Origin: Gemmatimonadales bacterium
GTDB lineage: Bacteria; Gemmatimonadota; Gemmatimonadetes; Gemmatimonadales; GWC2-71-9
Direction: 5' to 3'
Length of the DNA stretch: 64,000 nucleotides
Assembly (NCBI GenBank): GCA_965249575.1
Contig: OZ252244.1
Location: 1,056,001 to 1,120,000 of the forward strand
Part shown: piece by piece, positions 18,852 to 29,300 of the stretch
Numbering within the stretch: the first letter of the stretch is position 1
How the letters are laid out: each line of letters starts with the position of its first letter
Program-made: the position numbers and the translations under genes
The notes under the pieces: model-generated
What the model was told of the DNA's origin: nothing
Seen by the model: the letters and a program-made list of their open reading frames with translations, nothing else
Databases searched by the model: none

Positions 18852-21698
18852 ATGCCATCCGGCACCATCACCGTTCGAAAGGCCCGCCAGCACAACCTGA
18901 AGGGCATCACCGTCGAGATCCCCCGGAGGGCACTGACCGTCGTCACTGGCCCGTCGGGATCGGGCAAGAGCTCGTTCGCGTTCGACACGGTCTACGCCGA
19001 GGGCCAGCGCCGCTACGTCGAATCCCTCTCGACCTACGCGAAACAGTTCCTCGAACGCATGCCGAAACCGCTCATCGATGGGCTCGACGGCATCTCACCG
19101 GCTGTCGCCATCGAGCAGAAGAACCCGACCACGACCAGCCGGTCGACCGTGGGAACGGCCACTGAGATCTACGACTACCTGCGACTCCTCTGGGCACGGG
19201 TGGGCAGGCAGCTGTGTCACAACTGCGGTGCGCAAGTCACCGTCGACTCTCCAGGCACGGCCGCCGACGGGGTGCTCAAGGATTTTGGGGGGCAGCACGT
19301 ACTGATCGCGTTCCCCATTCCCCGATCCGAACGGCCCGACCACCAGCTCATCCTCGAGAACCTCCAGGCGATGGGGTTCGTACGCGTCTTCCTGGATGAA
19401 GCGGTCTTCCGGCTCGATGCGCTGCCGGATCATATTCGGCTCGATCGGGACGGCGCGCTGGTCGTCGCCGATCGCGTCTCGGTAACGCCCGACTCCCGCG
19501 GGCGCCTGGCCGATTCGATCGCTCTCGCCTTCGCGGAGGGCGATGGTGACGCGGAGATCATCGCGGATACCGCCCGCGGTCGATTCACCCAGTACCCACG
19601 ATGCACCGCGTGTGGGACCGTGGCCCCGCGGCTCACGCCGAACCTCTTTTCGTTCAACAACCCTCGCGGCGCCTGCCCCGCGTGCAACGGATTCGGAGCC
19701 GTACTCGAATACGACGAGGGACTCATCGTACCGGACCCGGACCGGACCCTCGGTGAGGGCGCCATCCACCCCTGGACGAAACCGCGCTACGGAGGCCGCC
19801 GCCGCCTCCTGCGGGATGCCGCGCGCCGCTCGTCCGTCCCGTTCGACAAACCATGGCGCAAGCTCGCGGCGGCCCAGCGCCGCCTGCTGCTGCATGGAGG
19901 GTCCGGCCGTTTCGTCGGCGTATTCCCGTTCCTGCGCGCGTTGGAGCCCAAGCGGTACAAGCAGTACATCCGTGTGTTTCTCCGACAATACCAGCGTGCG
20001 ACAGAGTGTCCGTCATGCCTCGGGAATCGCTTACGCCCCGAAGCCCTGGCCGTTCGGGTGGGCGGGTGCTCGATAGCCGACGTGAGCCGCCGCACAGCCG
20101 GTCAAATCCTGGAGTGGCTCGCCGGGTTGGAGTTGTCACCCTTCGAGGCGGAGGTGGCACAGGTCATTCTGCGCGAAACCAGCGCACGCCTCCAGTTCAT
20201 CTGCGAAGTCGGCCTCGCCTATCTCGGACTCGACCGGCAGACGCGCACGCTTTCGGGTGGAGAGGCCCAACGCATCTCGCTCGCGAACGCGCTGGGATCG
20301 AACCTGGTCGACACCCTGTACGTGCTCGACGAGCCATCCATCGGACTCCATCCGCGCGACGTGAGCCGGCTCCTGGATCTCCTGCTCCGGCTGCGGGCCG
20401 CGGGCAACACGGTTCTGGTGGTCGAGCACGACCTCGCCGCTATTCGCGCGGCCGATCACATCATCGAGCTCGGTCCTGGAAGCGGCGAGCGCGGCGGGGA
20501 GGTCGTGTACGCGGGGGATGCCTCCGGACTTACGACGGCGGCCACGCTCACGGGGGATTATCTACGTGGGGTCCGACATGTTGCGACCCCGAGCCACCGG
20601 CGCCATGCCGGTCCGAGGTGGCTGACGGTCAAAGGCGCCACGCTCCACAACCTGACCAACGTCGACGTCACCGTCCCGCTTGGTACCCTCGTGGCCGTCA
20701 CTGGCGTCTCGGGCTCGGGGAAATCGACGCTGGTGCACGATGTGATCTATCGCCAGCTGGCCGCGCGCATTCGCGGCGCCCACGGAGCCAAGGAGCACCT
20801 CGGTGAGCAGGTCGGGCAGATCGAGTCGCTCTCGGGCTGGGAGGTGCTCGACGACGTGGTACTCGTGGACCAATCACCCATCGGGCGCACTCCGCGCTCG
20901 AACCCGATCACGTACATACGGGCATTCGATGAAATTCGCGAGCTGTTCGCCTCCCAACCGCTGGCCCGCGCGCGCGGGTACCAACCGACCACGTTTAGCT
21001 TCAACGCGTCGGACGGCGGCCGATGCCGGACGTGCGAGGGGGCCGGCCACGTGCTCGTGGAAATGGTGTTTCTGGCCGATGTGTACATACCGTGCGAAGG
21101 CTGCGGTGGAACCCGTTTTGAGCGCGAAGTACTGGACGTAAAAATCAAGAACCTCTCCATTCACGAAGTGCTCCAGCTGACAGTCGATGATGCCATCCAT
21201 CGGTTTCGACATCAGGACCGCCTGGGGAGGGCCTTCTGGCACCTACAGCAGGTCGGCCTGGGATACCTCCGGCTGGGACAGCCCGCAACGACACTGTCGG
21301 GAGGGGAGGCCCAACGACTCAAAATCGCACGGCAGCTGGCCACTGTGAGTCGCCGAACCTCCCGGCGGCTCTACATCCTCGACGAACCCACGACCGGTCT
21401 CCATCTGGAGGACGTGCGAACCCTCATGAAGGTGCTCGACCGCCTCGTGGATGCGGGACACACGGTGCTCGTCATCGAGCATCATTTGGACGTCATCAAG
21501 CGGGCCGACTGGGTCATCGACCTGGGTCCGGAAGGCGGGGCCGAGGGCGGGCGCATCGTCGCAGTGGGAACGCCGGAAGAGGTGGCCCACGCCGACACCC
21601 ACACCGCCCGATTCTTGCGGGACCTGGGGGCGCCGCGGACTGACGAGATCCCGAGCCTCGAAACCGATTACCGGCGACGAACGACCTCCGGATCGTAG
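18852..21698 (+). CDS. uvrA: Excinuclease ABC subunit A
   Basis: ARQHNLK, GPSGSGKSS, AEGQRRYVESLS, FSFNNPRGAC, TLSGGEAQRI, second NBD GVSGSGKST, DQSPIGRTPRSNP, LSGGEAQRLK, DEPTTGLH. Confidence 0.95.
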   Translation: MPSGTITVRKARQHNLKGITVEIPRRALTVVTGPSGSGKSSFAFDTVYAEGQRRYVESLSTYAKQFLERMPKPLIDGLDGISPAVAIEQKNPTTTSRSTVGTATEIYDYLRLLWARVGRQLCHNCGAQVTVDSPGTAADGVLKDFGGQHVLIAFPIPRSERPDHQLILENLQAMGFVRVFLDEAVFRLDALPDHIRLDRDGALVVADRVSVTPDSRGRLADSIALAFAEGDGDAEIIADTARGRFTQYPRCTACGTVAPRLTPNLFSFNNPRGACPACNGFGAVLEYDEGLIVPDPDRTLGEGAIHPWTKPRYGGRRRLLRDAARRSSVPFDKPWRKLAAAQRRLLLHGGSGRFVGVFPFLRALEPKRYKQYIRVFLRQYQRATECPSCLGNRLRPEALAVRVGGCSIADVSRRTAGQILEWLAGLELSPFEAEVAQVILRETSARLQFICEVGLAYLGLDRQTRTLSGGEAQRISLANALGSNLVDTLYVLDEPSIGLHPRDVSRLLDLLLRLRAAGNTVLVVEHDLAAIRAADHIIELGPGSGERGGEVVYAGDASGLTTAATLTGDYLRGVRHVATPSHRRHAGPRWLTVKGATLHNLTNVDVTVPLGTLVAVTGVSGSGKSTLVHDVIYRQLAARIRGAHGAKEHLGEQVGQIESLSGWEVLDDVVLVDQSPIGRTPRSNPITYIRAFDEIRELFASQPLARARGYQPTTFSFNASDGGRCRTCEGAGHVLVEMVFLADVYIPCEGCGGTRFEREVLDVKIKNLSIHEVLQLTVDDAIHRFRHQDRLGRAFWHLQQVGLGYLRLGQPATTLSGGEAQRLKIARQLATVSRRTSRRLYILDEPTTGLHLEDVRTLMKVLDRLVDAGHTVLVIEHHLDVIKRADWVIDLGPEGGAEGGRIVAVGTPEEVAHADTHTARFLRDLGAPRTDEIPSLETDYRRRTTSGS

Positions 21699-21775
21699 CG
21701 GGAACGCGCCGGCATTGGCTGCGAAACCGCCACTCGTTATTGACCTTACGACCGGTAATCACAATCTTGCGTGCC

Positions 21776-22406
21776 ATGCGGATCCTAGTTCTGATGCTCT
21801 TCGCCGCAGCGTGGCAGAGCGCTCAAGAGGCCTCAGGGATCGTCAACTCCAGCGCGTCGTCTTACACGCTGAGACCCGGCGACATTCTCGAAATCGACGT
21901 ATGGGGCCACCCAGAATTCTCCGGCCAGTTCCAGGTGGACGAGACCGGCGCTTTGCAGTACCCCGTCCTTGGGCGGATTGATTCGCGCGACATGACCGTC
22001 GCGGCGCTGCGGCAGCAATTGCAAGGCGGCTTGGAGGAGCTCTTCAAGAGCCCCTTCCTGACCATCACGCCGCTTTTTCGTATCGCGGTCATGGGCCCAG
22101 GTGCTCAAGCCGGGGCTTTACACCGTGGACCCCACGCTGAGCGTGCTCGACATCGTCGCGCTGGCCGGAGGACAGGCACCCGCAGGCAACCTGAGCAAGA
22201 TCAAGCTCCTCCGCGCGGGACAAGAGACGCGGGTGAACTTCGAGCGGGAGACCCTGCGAGGTTTGTCCTTGCAAGACATTGGGGTTCGATCGGGTGATCA
22301 GATCGTCGTCCCCCGCAAGTTCCTCTCAAGAGAAGACGTTGGGCTGATACTCTCCATCGTCCAGATCGGACTCACGGTGGCGATCTTCGCCAACACGATC
22401 AAATGA
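21776..22406 (+). CDS. Polysaccharide export / SLBB-domain protein (Wza-like; 1-bp frameshift near 22097)
   Basis: Signal peptide, YTLRPGDILEIDVWG Poly_export domain. AVMG continues as QVLKPGLY..LAGG..RSGDQIVVP in another frame (ATGGGCCCAGGTG has one extra C). Confidence 0.8.
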
Positions 22407-22547
22407 CTGTTCCCCGCTCACGAGCATCTGCCCGAGGATACGGGCCTCAGCAACAACCGAGTCTTCAAACAATTCACGAGAGCTGCCCGGCGATCACACT
22501 GGGTTGGAAGTGTGCAGCCCCGGCGGTAAACTCGTTTTTGAACACAG

Positions 22548-22623
22548 TCCCGAGTAGCTCAGCTGGTAGAGCAGGCGGCTGTTAACCGCCGGGTCGGGGG
22601 TTCGAGTCCCTCCTCGGGAGCCA
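22548..22623 (+). tRNA. tRNA-Asn (GTT)
   Basis: 76 nt; acceptor stem TCCCGAG/CTCGGGA, D arm GCTCAGCTGGTAGAGC, anticodon arm GGCGG-CTGTTAA-CCGCC, T loop GGTTCGAGTCC, encoded CCA. Confidence 0.97.
22602..22620 (+). repeat. attL direct repeat (3' end of tRNA-Asn)
   Basis: TCGAGTCCCTCCTCGGGAG, identical to 33764-33782. Confidence 0.9.
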
Positions 22624-22662
22624 TCTTTTCGAGGTCGAACTACAGCGCCTCGATAGTTAACG

Positions 22663-22696
22663 CGAGGCCCCGGAGGGTGATCCCTTCGGGGCCTCG
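22663..22696 (+). terminator. GC-rich hairpin downstream of tRNA-Asn (putative terminator)
   Basis: CGAGGCCCCGGAGGG-TGAT-CCCTTCGGGGCCTCG, 15-bp stem with one G:U; U-tract weak. Confidence 0.55.
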
Positions 22697-23127
22697 TCGT
22701 ATCAGGCGCTCTTTCAAGGAGTTACGCCCCCTCCTACATGCTCCTCGATTCTCCAGTTCGCAAATTCAACCTGGGGTGCCTCGTGCAACCAGGGGGTTGC
22801 ACGCGCCCACCCCGCGTTTTCGTTTTCGAATTCTCCGATTCTCCATTTTTCGCTTCGCGTTGTTTAACAGACCGTTTTGCCGTGGGCCCCCTCGTTTCGA
22901 CATTTGCTAACCCGCTCCGGTAGGTATCCAGCGGAAGCCGGGCCACCGGGGTCCGGCTGATCACCAGACAGCGGCCGTGGCCGTGAGAACGGAGCCCGTT
23001 GTGGGTGTGCCGGCGACATCGCCCTCGCGCGGTGTCGAGCGGACTCCAACGGCTCCTGACGACCGTTCGGTCCCCACGGCATCCACGACGGCTCCTCTTC
23101 CGGTGGCCCGCCGCGAAGGAGGACCGG

Positions 23128-23295
23128 ATGCCGACCAACCCGCCCATCCCCCACGCTCTGGATGAGGTGGTCGCGGAGATCGCCTCGATCCTGGCCCAGG
23201 GCTGCCTGCGCCACCGCAAGAGGCGACGTCTCTCGCCTGAATCGGGGGGTGAAGCCGGGAAAGTCGAGTATTCTCAAGTGGTTACGGAGAAATGA
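23128..23295 (+). CDS. Small hypothetical protein preceding DUF2924
   Basis: Strong AAGGAGG RBS before ATG; MPTNPPIPHALDEVVAEIASILAQGCLRHRKRRR. Confidence 0.45.
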   Translation: MPTNPPIPHALDEVVAEIASILAQGCLRHRKRRRLSPESGGEAGKVEYSQVVTEK

Positions 23296-23407
23296 CTTGA
23301 TAGTTCGGGCCACCGAAGCCTTCATTCATGAACGAGTTAACGCCCCGGAGACGGCGAGGCGGAGGGACCGCTCGCCAGGGGCCGCGTCCATGATCAGGAG
23401 GACTTGG

Positions 23408-23943
23408 ATGGAAGCAGACACCTATCAAGAGATCCAGGCTCTCCCGGCTGACCGTCGGCCAGCTGCGGGAGAAATACCTGGACGTGTTCGGCGAGGAGAA
23501 CCCGAGCCCGCCACAAGGAGTTCCTGCGCAAGCGCATCGCCTGGCGCCTGCAGGCCCTGGCCGAGGGCGACCTCTCCGAGCGGGCCCGCCGGCGCACCGC
23601 GGAGTTGGCCGACGACGCCGATCTGAGGCTGCGTGCCCCGCGTGATCCGATCAGGCCCGGTTCTGCCGAGGTGCGAGCGCGAACGACGAAAGGGCATATC
23701 CCGCCCTCGCGTGATCCGAGACTGCCGCTGCCCGGTAGGCTCCTGGCCCGGGAGTTCCGGGGCCGCGACATCGGGGTCAAGGTCCTCGACCAAGGCTTCG
23801 AGTTCGAGAACCGGCGCTATCAGTCCCTGTCCGCCATCGCCAAGGACGTCACGGGTAGCAAGTGGAACGGGTTCCTCTTCTTCGGCATCGCCGGTGGTGG
23901 CGCACCCGCGAACGGGCACCCGCCCCAGGGGGTGAGCGAATGA
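23408..23943 (+). pseudogene. DUF2924 domain protein (two frameshifts near 23443 and 23507)
   Basis: Spliced reading MEADTYQEIQAL / RLTVGQLREKYLDVFGEE / HKEFLRKRIAWRLQALAEGDLSERA..PLPGRLLAREFRG..YQSLSAIAKDVTGSKWNGFLFFG; AGGAGG RBS. Confidence 0.8.
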
Positions 23944-24910
23944 CTCAAACGTCAACCTCCGCACCAAACGGAGCCATCTACACACGCAAGTCCACCGACG
24001 AGGACTCGACCAGGACTTCAACAGCCTCGACGCCCAGCGGGAATCGGCGGAGGCCTACATCCTCAGCCAGCGGCACGAGGGCTGGACCTGCCTGCCCGAC
24101 CGCTACGGCGGCGGCGGCTTCACCGGCGGCAACATGCAGCGCCCCGCCCTCGAGCGCGTGAGCGCGGACATCGACGCCGGCCGGATCGACTGTGTCGTGG
24201 TCTACAAGGTGGACCGTCTCAGCCGCTCGCTCCTGGACTTCGCCCGCATCATGGAGCTGTTCGAATCCGGCATGGCGCACGCCTACACCCGCAAGGGAAG
24301 AAAGCGCTACCGCTACCACGTCTGCCGCAACGCCCAACAGCGGGGCTGGTCGGGCTGCCCAAGCAAGTCGCTGGGCGCCCACGACATCGAAACCGCCGTG
24401 GTGGAACACATCCGCGGCATCGGGCGCAACGACACCGTCGTCCAGGCGACCGTGGAAAAGGTGCGCGAGCAGAGCGACCGGCGGATGGTGGACCTGGAAG
24501 TCGAACGACTCGGCCAGGAGCGAGAGCTCAAGCAGCTCTACTCCAGCGTCGAGAAGCTGGTTCGCTCAGCCGGTTCGGACAGCGCCAACGGCCGGTCCAC
24601 GACCGATCAGCTGGCCGATCTTCAGGACCGAATCCGTACGACGGAGCAGCGGGTCACCGCCATCCGCGAGGAGGTCATCACGCTGGAGCGGGAGGCCGTC
24701 GGCGAAGGCGAATTGTCCCAGGCCCTGGCCCACTTCGATCCGGTGTGGGAGTCGTTGTCGCCCCGCGAGCAGTCGCGCATCATCCGGGTACTGGTTGAGC
24801 GGATCGGTTACGACGGGCGTGACGGCACGGTGACCGTGGCTTTCCGCTCCCTGGGCATCAAGGCCCTCTGCACCGAGGCGGCCGTCATCGGCGGGGAGGA
24901 CACGGCATGA
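23940..24910 (+). pseudogene. Large serine recombinase, frameshifted and internally deleted
   Basis: AIYTRKST catalytic motif; frameshift near 24003; [30 protein letters not shown] is joined at ~24266 directly to the zinc-ribbon region (RYRYHVC..GCPSKSL) and coiled coil, so the central recombinase domain is missing. Confidence 0.85.
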
Positions 24911-25326
24911 GAGACCTCGCATCCGACGCCGCGACCATGAGGCCCAATCCGCTGGAAGTCTCCTTCACCTTCCAGCCCGCCAACAGCCGCGGGAACGGCG
25001 TGCAACGAGACCGGACCGTCGAACCGGGGAACGTGCCGCGCAACTCGAGGCTCATGGCCCTGGCTATCCGTTTCGACGGTCTGGTCCGGAGCGGCAAAGT
25101 GCGGGACTACGCGGACCTGGCTCGCCTCGGCTACGTGACCAGGGCCCGGATCACCCAGGTCATGAACCTCCTCAACCTCGCGCCCGACATTCAGGAAGCG
25201 CTGCTCTTCCTACCTCGCACACTCCAGGGAGGCGATCCCATACGCGAGAAGGACGTCCGCCCCATCGCCGGTGTCCAGCACTGGAGCCGCCAGCGCGCGA
25301 TGTGGGCGCAGCTCGTCGCCCGGTAG
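24907..25326 (+). CDS. Conserved hypothetical protein of DUF2924-recombinase modules
   Basis: [56 protein letters not shown] (HTH-like); ATGA overlap with the recombinase. Confidence 0.7.
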   Translation: MRDLASDAATMRPNPLEVSFTFQPANSRGNGVQRDRTVEPGNVPRNSRLMALAIRFDGLVRSGKVRDYADLARLGYVTRARITQVMNLLNLAPDIQEALLFLPRTLQGGDPIREKDVRPIAGVQHWSRQRAMWAQLVAR

Positions 25327-25532
25327 GGGAAGTAGTAGCCCCCTTCCGATCCGGGCGGACATCGTCCCCCCGTCCCTGACTCTCTCCAATCGGTTCAGCG
25401 CCCTTTTTAGCCCCTTTATATGTGTTATTTGCCCTTTGATATAGTAGGTGTATCTATTGATCTCTTTGACACACGGTCGGGTGTCCCCCCGTGGAAACAG
25501 CAACTGCAATCTCCCTTGAGAGAGGATCTGCC

Positions 25533-25784
25533 ATGAGCAGCCAGGCGAGAGGAAGACCACCCATTGAGGCAATCACCGACCCACAGCGGCCCACATTGCA
25601 CGAGCTGCAACGCTTCACCAACCGGCGGGGGTTTCCCCCGACGATCCAGGAACTGGCGGACATTCTCGGCATATCGCCCCCGAGCGTACGCGACCAGGTC
25701 AAGCAGCTGGTGCGTAAAGGCTTCGTGAGACGGGAGTCGAGGAAGGCACGCGGGCTTACCGTCTTGCGGGAGCCTGCGAATTGA
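25533..25784 (+). pseudogene. LexA-type repressor, N-terminal DNA-binding domain only
   Basis: [43 protein letters not shown] is a LexA wHTH; no S24 peptidase domain follows. Confidence 0.7.
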
Positions 25785-25935
25785 AGTACATGTCCGACAC
25801 GCTCGACGAGATGCACGTCCGCCTCGAAGCCGAGCGGACTGAGGGTGCCGATCCGGAAGACACAGACGAGTACCGCGCCGCGAACATCTTCTGGGTACCA
25901 CCGGAGGCCCGTTGGACCCATCTGAAAGCTCAAAG
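25781..25935 (+). pseudogene. hsdM: Type I restriction-modification HsdM N-terminal fragment
   Basis: [35 protein letters not shown] matches the conserved HsdM_N segment; only about 50 codons remain. Confidence 0.7.
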
Positions 25936-26363
25936 TGATGCTCATGGTCTATGGGTTGTGTCGAGTGCATAAGCCCGAAAGTCTCGCTTGCGTACCGGAC
26001 CTTCTGGCGCCGGACGAATGACCCCGAGAACATCACCGGTATTCCATACTGAGGGGGTGACTGGTTCGGTTTCTCGCGGGGGAAGAGTGATTGGTCGCGC
26101 CCCCCCCCCGACGAAAATCTCCCTATCGCCGGACCGAGCAGGTTCGGCACGTGGAGTGACGAAAGGATGCCAACTGTAGCAAGATATTAGGCAGGCCCGA
26201 GCCGAAGGCTGCTGGCACAGCCCGACTGGCGAGCAGTAGAGTCTAAAACTCGGCGAGAGGGGAACATGGTTGACGGCACATCCCACTCGGCACGGTCCAC
26301 ACCAATAACATCCAAAGCTCCAAATACTCGGCGCCATGTCGAGCCGGCACAGGCGGAAAGGCG

Positions 26364-29300
26364 ATGGCCATGAGAACTGTTTCACGGCCGAAAATCATCG
26401 GCGCAATCTCGCCGCCTCCGTACGCTCAATCGAGCCCGCCTAAGCCTGATGTCGAAGGAGCGCAGTCCCCTCCAGCAGCGCACAGGGACGATTCTCTCGC
26501 TACCAATCCATCGGGGGGGCTGATTACCGAAGACCATCCCCCCAAGCGCCGCCGTGGCGGCTGGGGGCGTGCAGGCGTCTTCGCCGTCGCCGCCTGTCTG
26601 GCCTGGCTCGCCTGGCCGACCGCAGCCTTCGCGCAGGGTATAGGCGTGTATTCCATTGCGAGCAATGACGTGGTCGACGCCTCGGAGAAGTGGGCCGGCT
26701 TCACCATCACCGGCGGCACGGGTACGGAAAGCGGCGTGACTGTCACGGTGAACGTCAACGGCACACAGGTGGGGACCGCAACCTCGGACGCCAGTGGAAA
26801 TTGGGTGGTGAACGTGGAGGGCGATGATACGGGCAATGCGAGCTTCGTTACCACGGCCGTAAGCGGCCAATACGCCGCAGCGACGCGCGGGACTCCTGGC
26901 AGCCTTGATTTCCTATCGCATCAGAGGTCCTTTACCCCGAATCTGAAGCTGCCGCTGGTGGTGAACGCCGTTACGGGCGACGACATCGTCAACAACGGCA
27001 CTTTCGACATCAAAGGCAACACAGGCACGATCGGCCTGGTGCCCGTCCGTTTGAACCTCGGCGGTCTTATTTTGATCACCACCTCGGAGCAGGGCGACGG
27101 TACTTGGGTGAGGATCGTGCGGGAGAGCGATACCGACTACAGTCATGAACTGAGCGTGTCGCTTTCGGTGACGGCGACAAAGACCGGCTATACTGATAGT
27201 GATGCGGTCAGCCGGACGCTGACGGTGGATATGGAGGCCCCGACGGTGAGCTACACGGCGCCGTCGAGTCTGAAGGTGGGCGTGGAGATCGACCCGCTGT
27301 CCCCGACCACGAGCGATACGGACATTGCTTCCTACGTGGCTTCCAGTCTGCTGACGGGACTGAGGATAGATCAGAGCACGGGTGACATCAGCGGCACCCC
27401 GACGACCGTCAACAGCAGCAAGCAGACGTCGAAGGTGACGGTCACCGACGACGGCGGCAACACCGCCGAGGAGAACATCGAATTTCCGGAGGTGGTGGCG
27501 GGCACGCTGACGGTGGCCTTGGACGCCATCGCGGGAGACGACTACCTAAATGCCTCGGAGTTCTCCGGCGGGGGGTTCGATATCACCGGCAACACGGGTA
27601 CGACCAGCGGCGCGAGTGTCACTGTGACCATCACCGGTGTGGACCCCGGTGGGAACGCAACCCCCCAAGGGACGCTGACCGCCACCTCGAACGCCAGCGG
27701 CGATTGGGTGGCGACCGTGCCGGGCTCAGCGGCCTACATTGTGGCGAATGCCGTTTTGACGGTTTCGGTGACGGCCACCAAGACCAATTTCACCAGCGTG
27801 ACGGTTACGCGGACACTGCCGGTGGATTTGACGCCGCCGAGTGTGAGTTACACGGCGCCATCGAATCTCACGGTGGGCGTTTTGATCACGCCGATAGCTC
27901 CGACCACGAGCGATACGGATATCGTCTCCTACGCCACTAGCGGCGATTCCCTGCCGCTGGGACTGGGGTTGAATGGCAATACAGGTATTATCAGCGGCTC
28001 GCCGAGGACGGCCAACCCCAACACGCAGACGGTGGGGGTGCTGGTCACCGACGACGCCGGCAACGTGGATCGGCCGCAGATTACATTCCCGGCGGTTGAG
28101 CTCGCATCCGGCGTAATGGTTTCGGAGACGGAACTGACGGTGCCCGAAGGCGGCTCGGCGAGCTACACGGTGAGGCTCGACACCCAGCCGACGGATGATG
28201 TCACGATCACGGTGGAGCGGGTGACCGGCGATGAGGATCTGACGGCGAGCCCGGATACGCTGACCTTCACGAACTCGAACTGGAGTGTGCAGCAGACGGT
28301 GACGGTCTCGGCGGCGGAAGATGACGACGGCGCGGCCGGCACTGCCCAGTTTGGCCATAAGGTGATCAGCCCCGGCACCGTCTATCACGGCGTTTCGACC
28401 CCTGGCCTCAGAGCGACCGAGGCCGACAACGACTCGATCGGGGTGAAGGTCTCGCCGACGACACTGTCGGTGCCGGAAGGCGGCTCGGCGACCTACACGG
28501 TGAGGCTTGGCACCAAGCCACAGTTCGATGTCACGGTCGCGGCGACCCCGGACCAGGGGGGTGACGACGACCTGACGGTGGCCCCGGATACGTTGATCTT
28601 CACGGAGGCAACCTGGAATACGCCGCAGACGGTAACGGTCTCGGCGGCCGAGGACGACGACCAGGTGGATGGCGTCGCGATCTTCAGCCACAGCGTGTCG
28701 AGCAACGACGAGAACTACACCAACGACGAAATCACAATCGATCCGGTCACGGCGACCGAGGCCGACGACGACAGGGACGTGATTAAACCGACGGCGGAGG
28801 TTCAGACGGAGGCGTCGGCTCCGGTGGACGGCGCGTTCGAGGTGACGATCACCTTCTCCGAACCAGTGGAGGGCTTTGAGCTTGAAGATATCCGAGTCAC
28901 CAATGGAACGGCTTCGAACTTTATCGAAATCTCGCCGCAGGAGTACACGGCGACGATCACGCCCGAAGGGATCGGTGAAGTGAGGGTGGAGGTCCCCGAG
29001 GAGGTGGCCCGGGACGGGGCCGGCAACGGCAACCGAGCGGCGGAGCCTCTGGTGATCGAGGCGGAACTGGAGCGGCCGGAGGTAACGATCGCAGGACCGA
29101 CGGAGCCGGTGGGAATGGCGGGGTTCGAAGTGACGATCACCTTCTCGGAGCCGGTGGAGGGCTTTGAGCTTGAAGATATCCGAGTCACTAATGGAACGGC
29201 TTCGAACTTTATCGAAATCTCGCCGCAGGAGTACACGGCGACGATCACGCCCGAAGGGATCGGTGAAGTGAGGGTGGAGGTCCCCGAGGAGGTGGCCGAG

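Noticed and set aside
25936..26036. MITE bounded by GTGATGCTC / GAACATCAC
   Set aside because: Only an 8/9-bp inverted match with no clear target duplication or second copy; compatible with chance.
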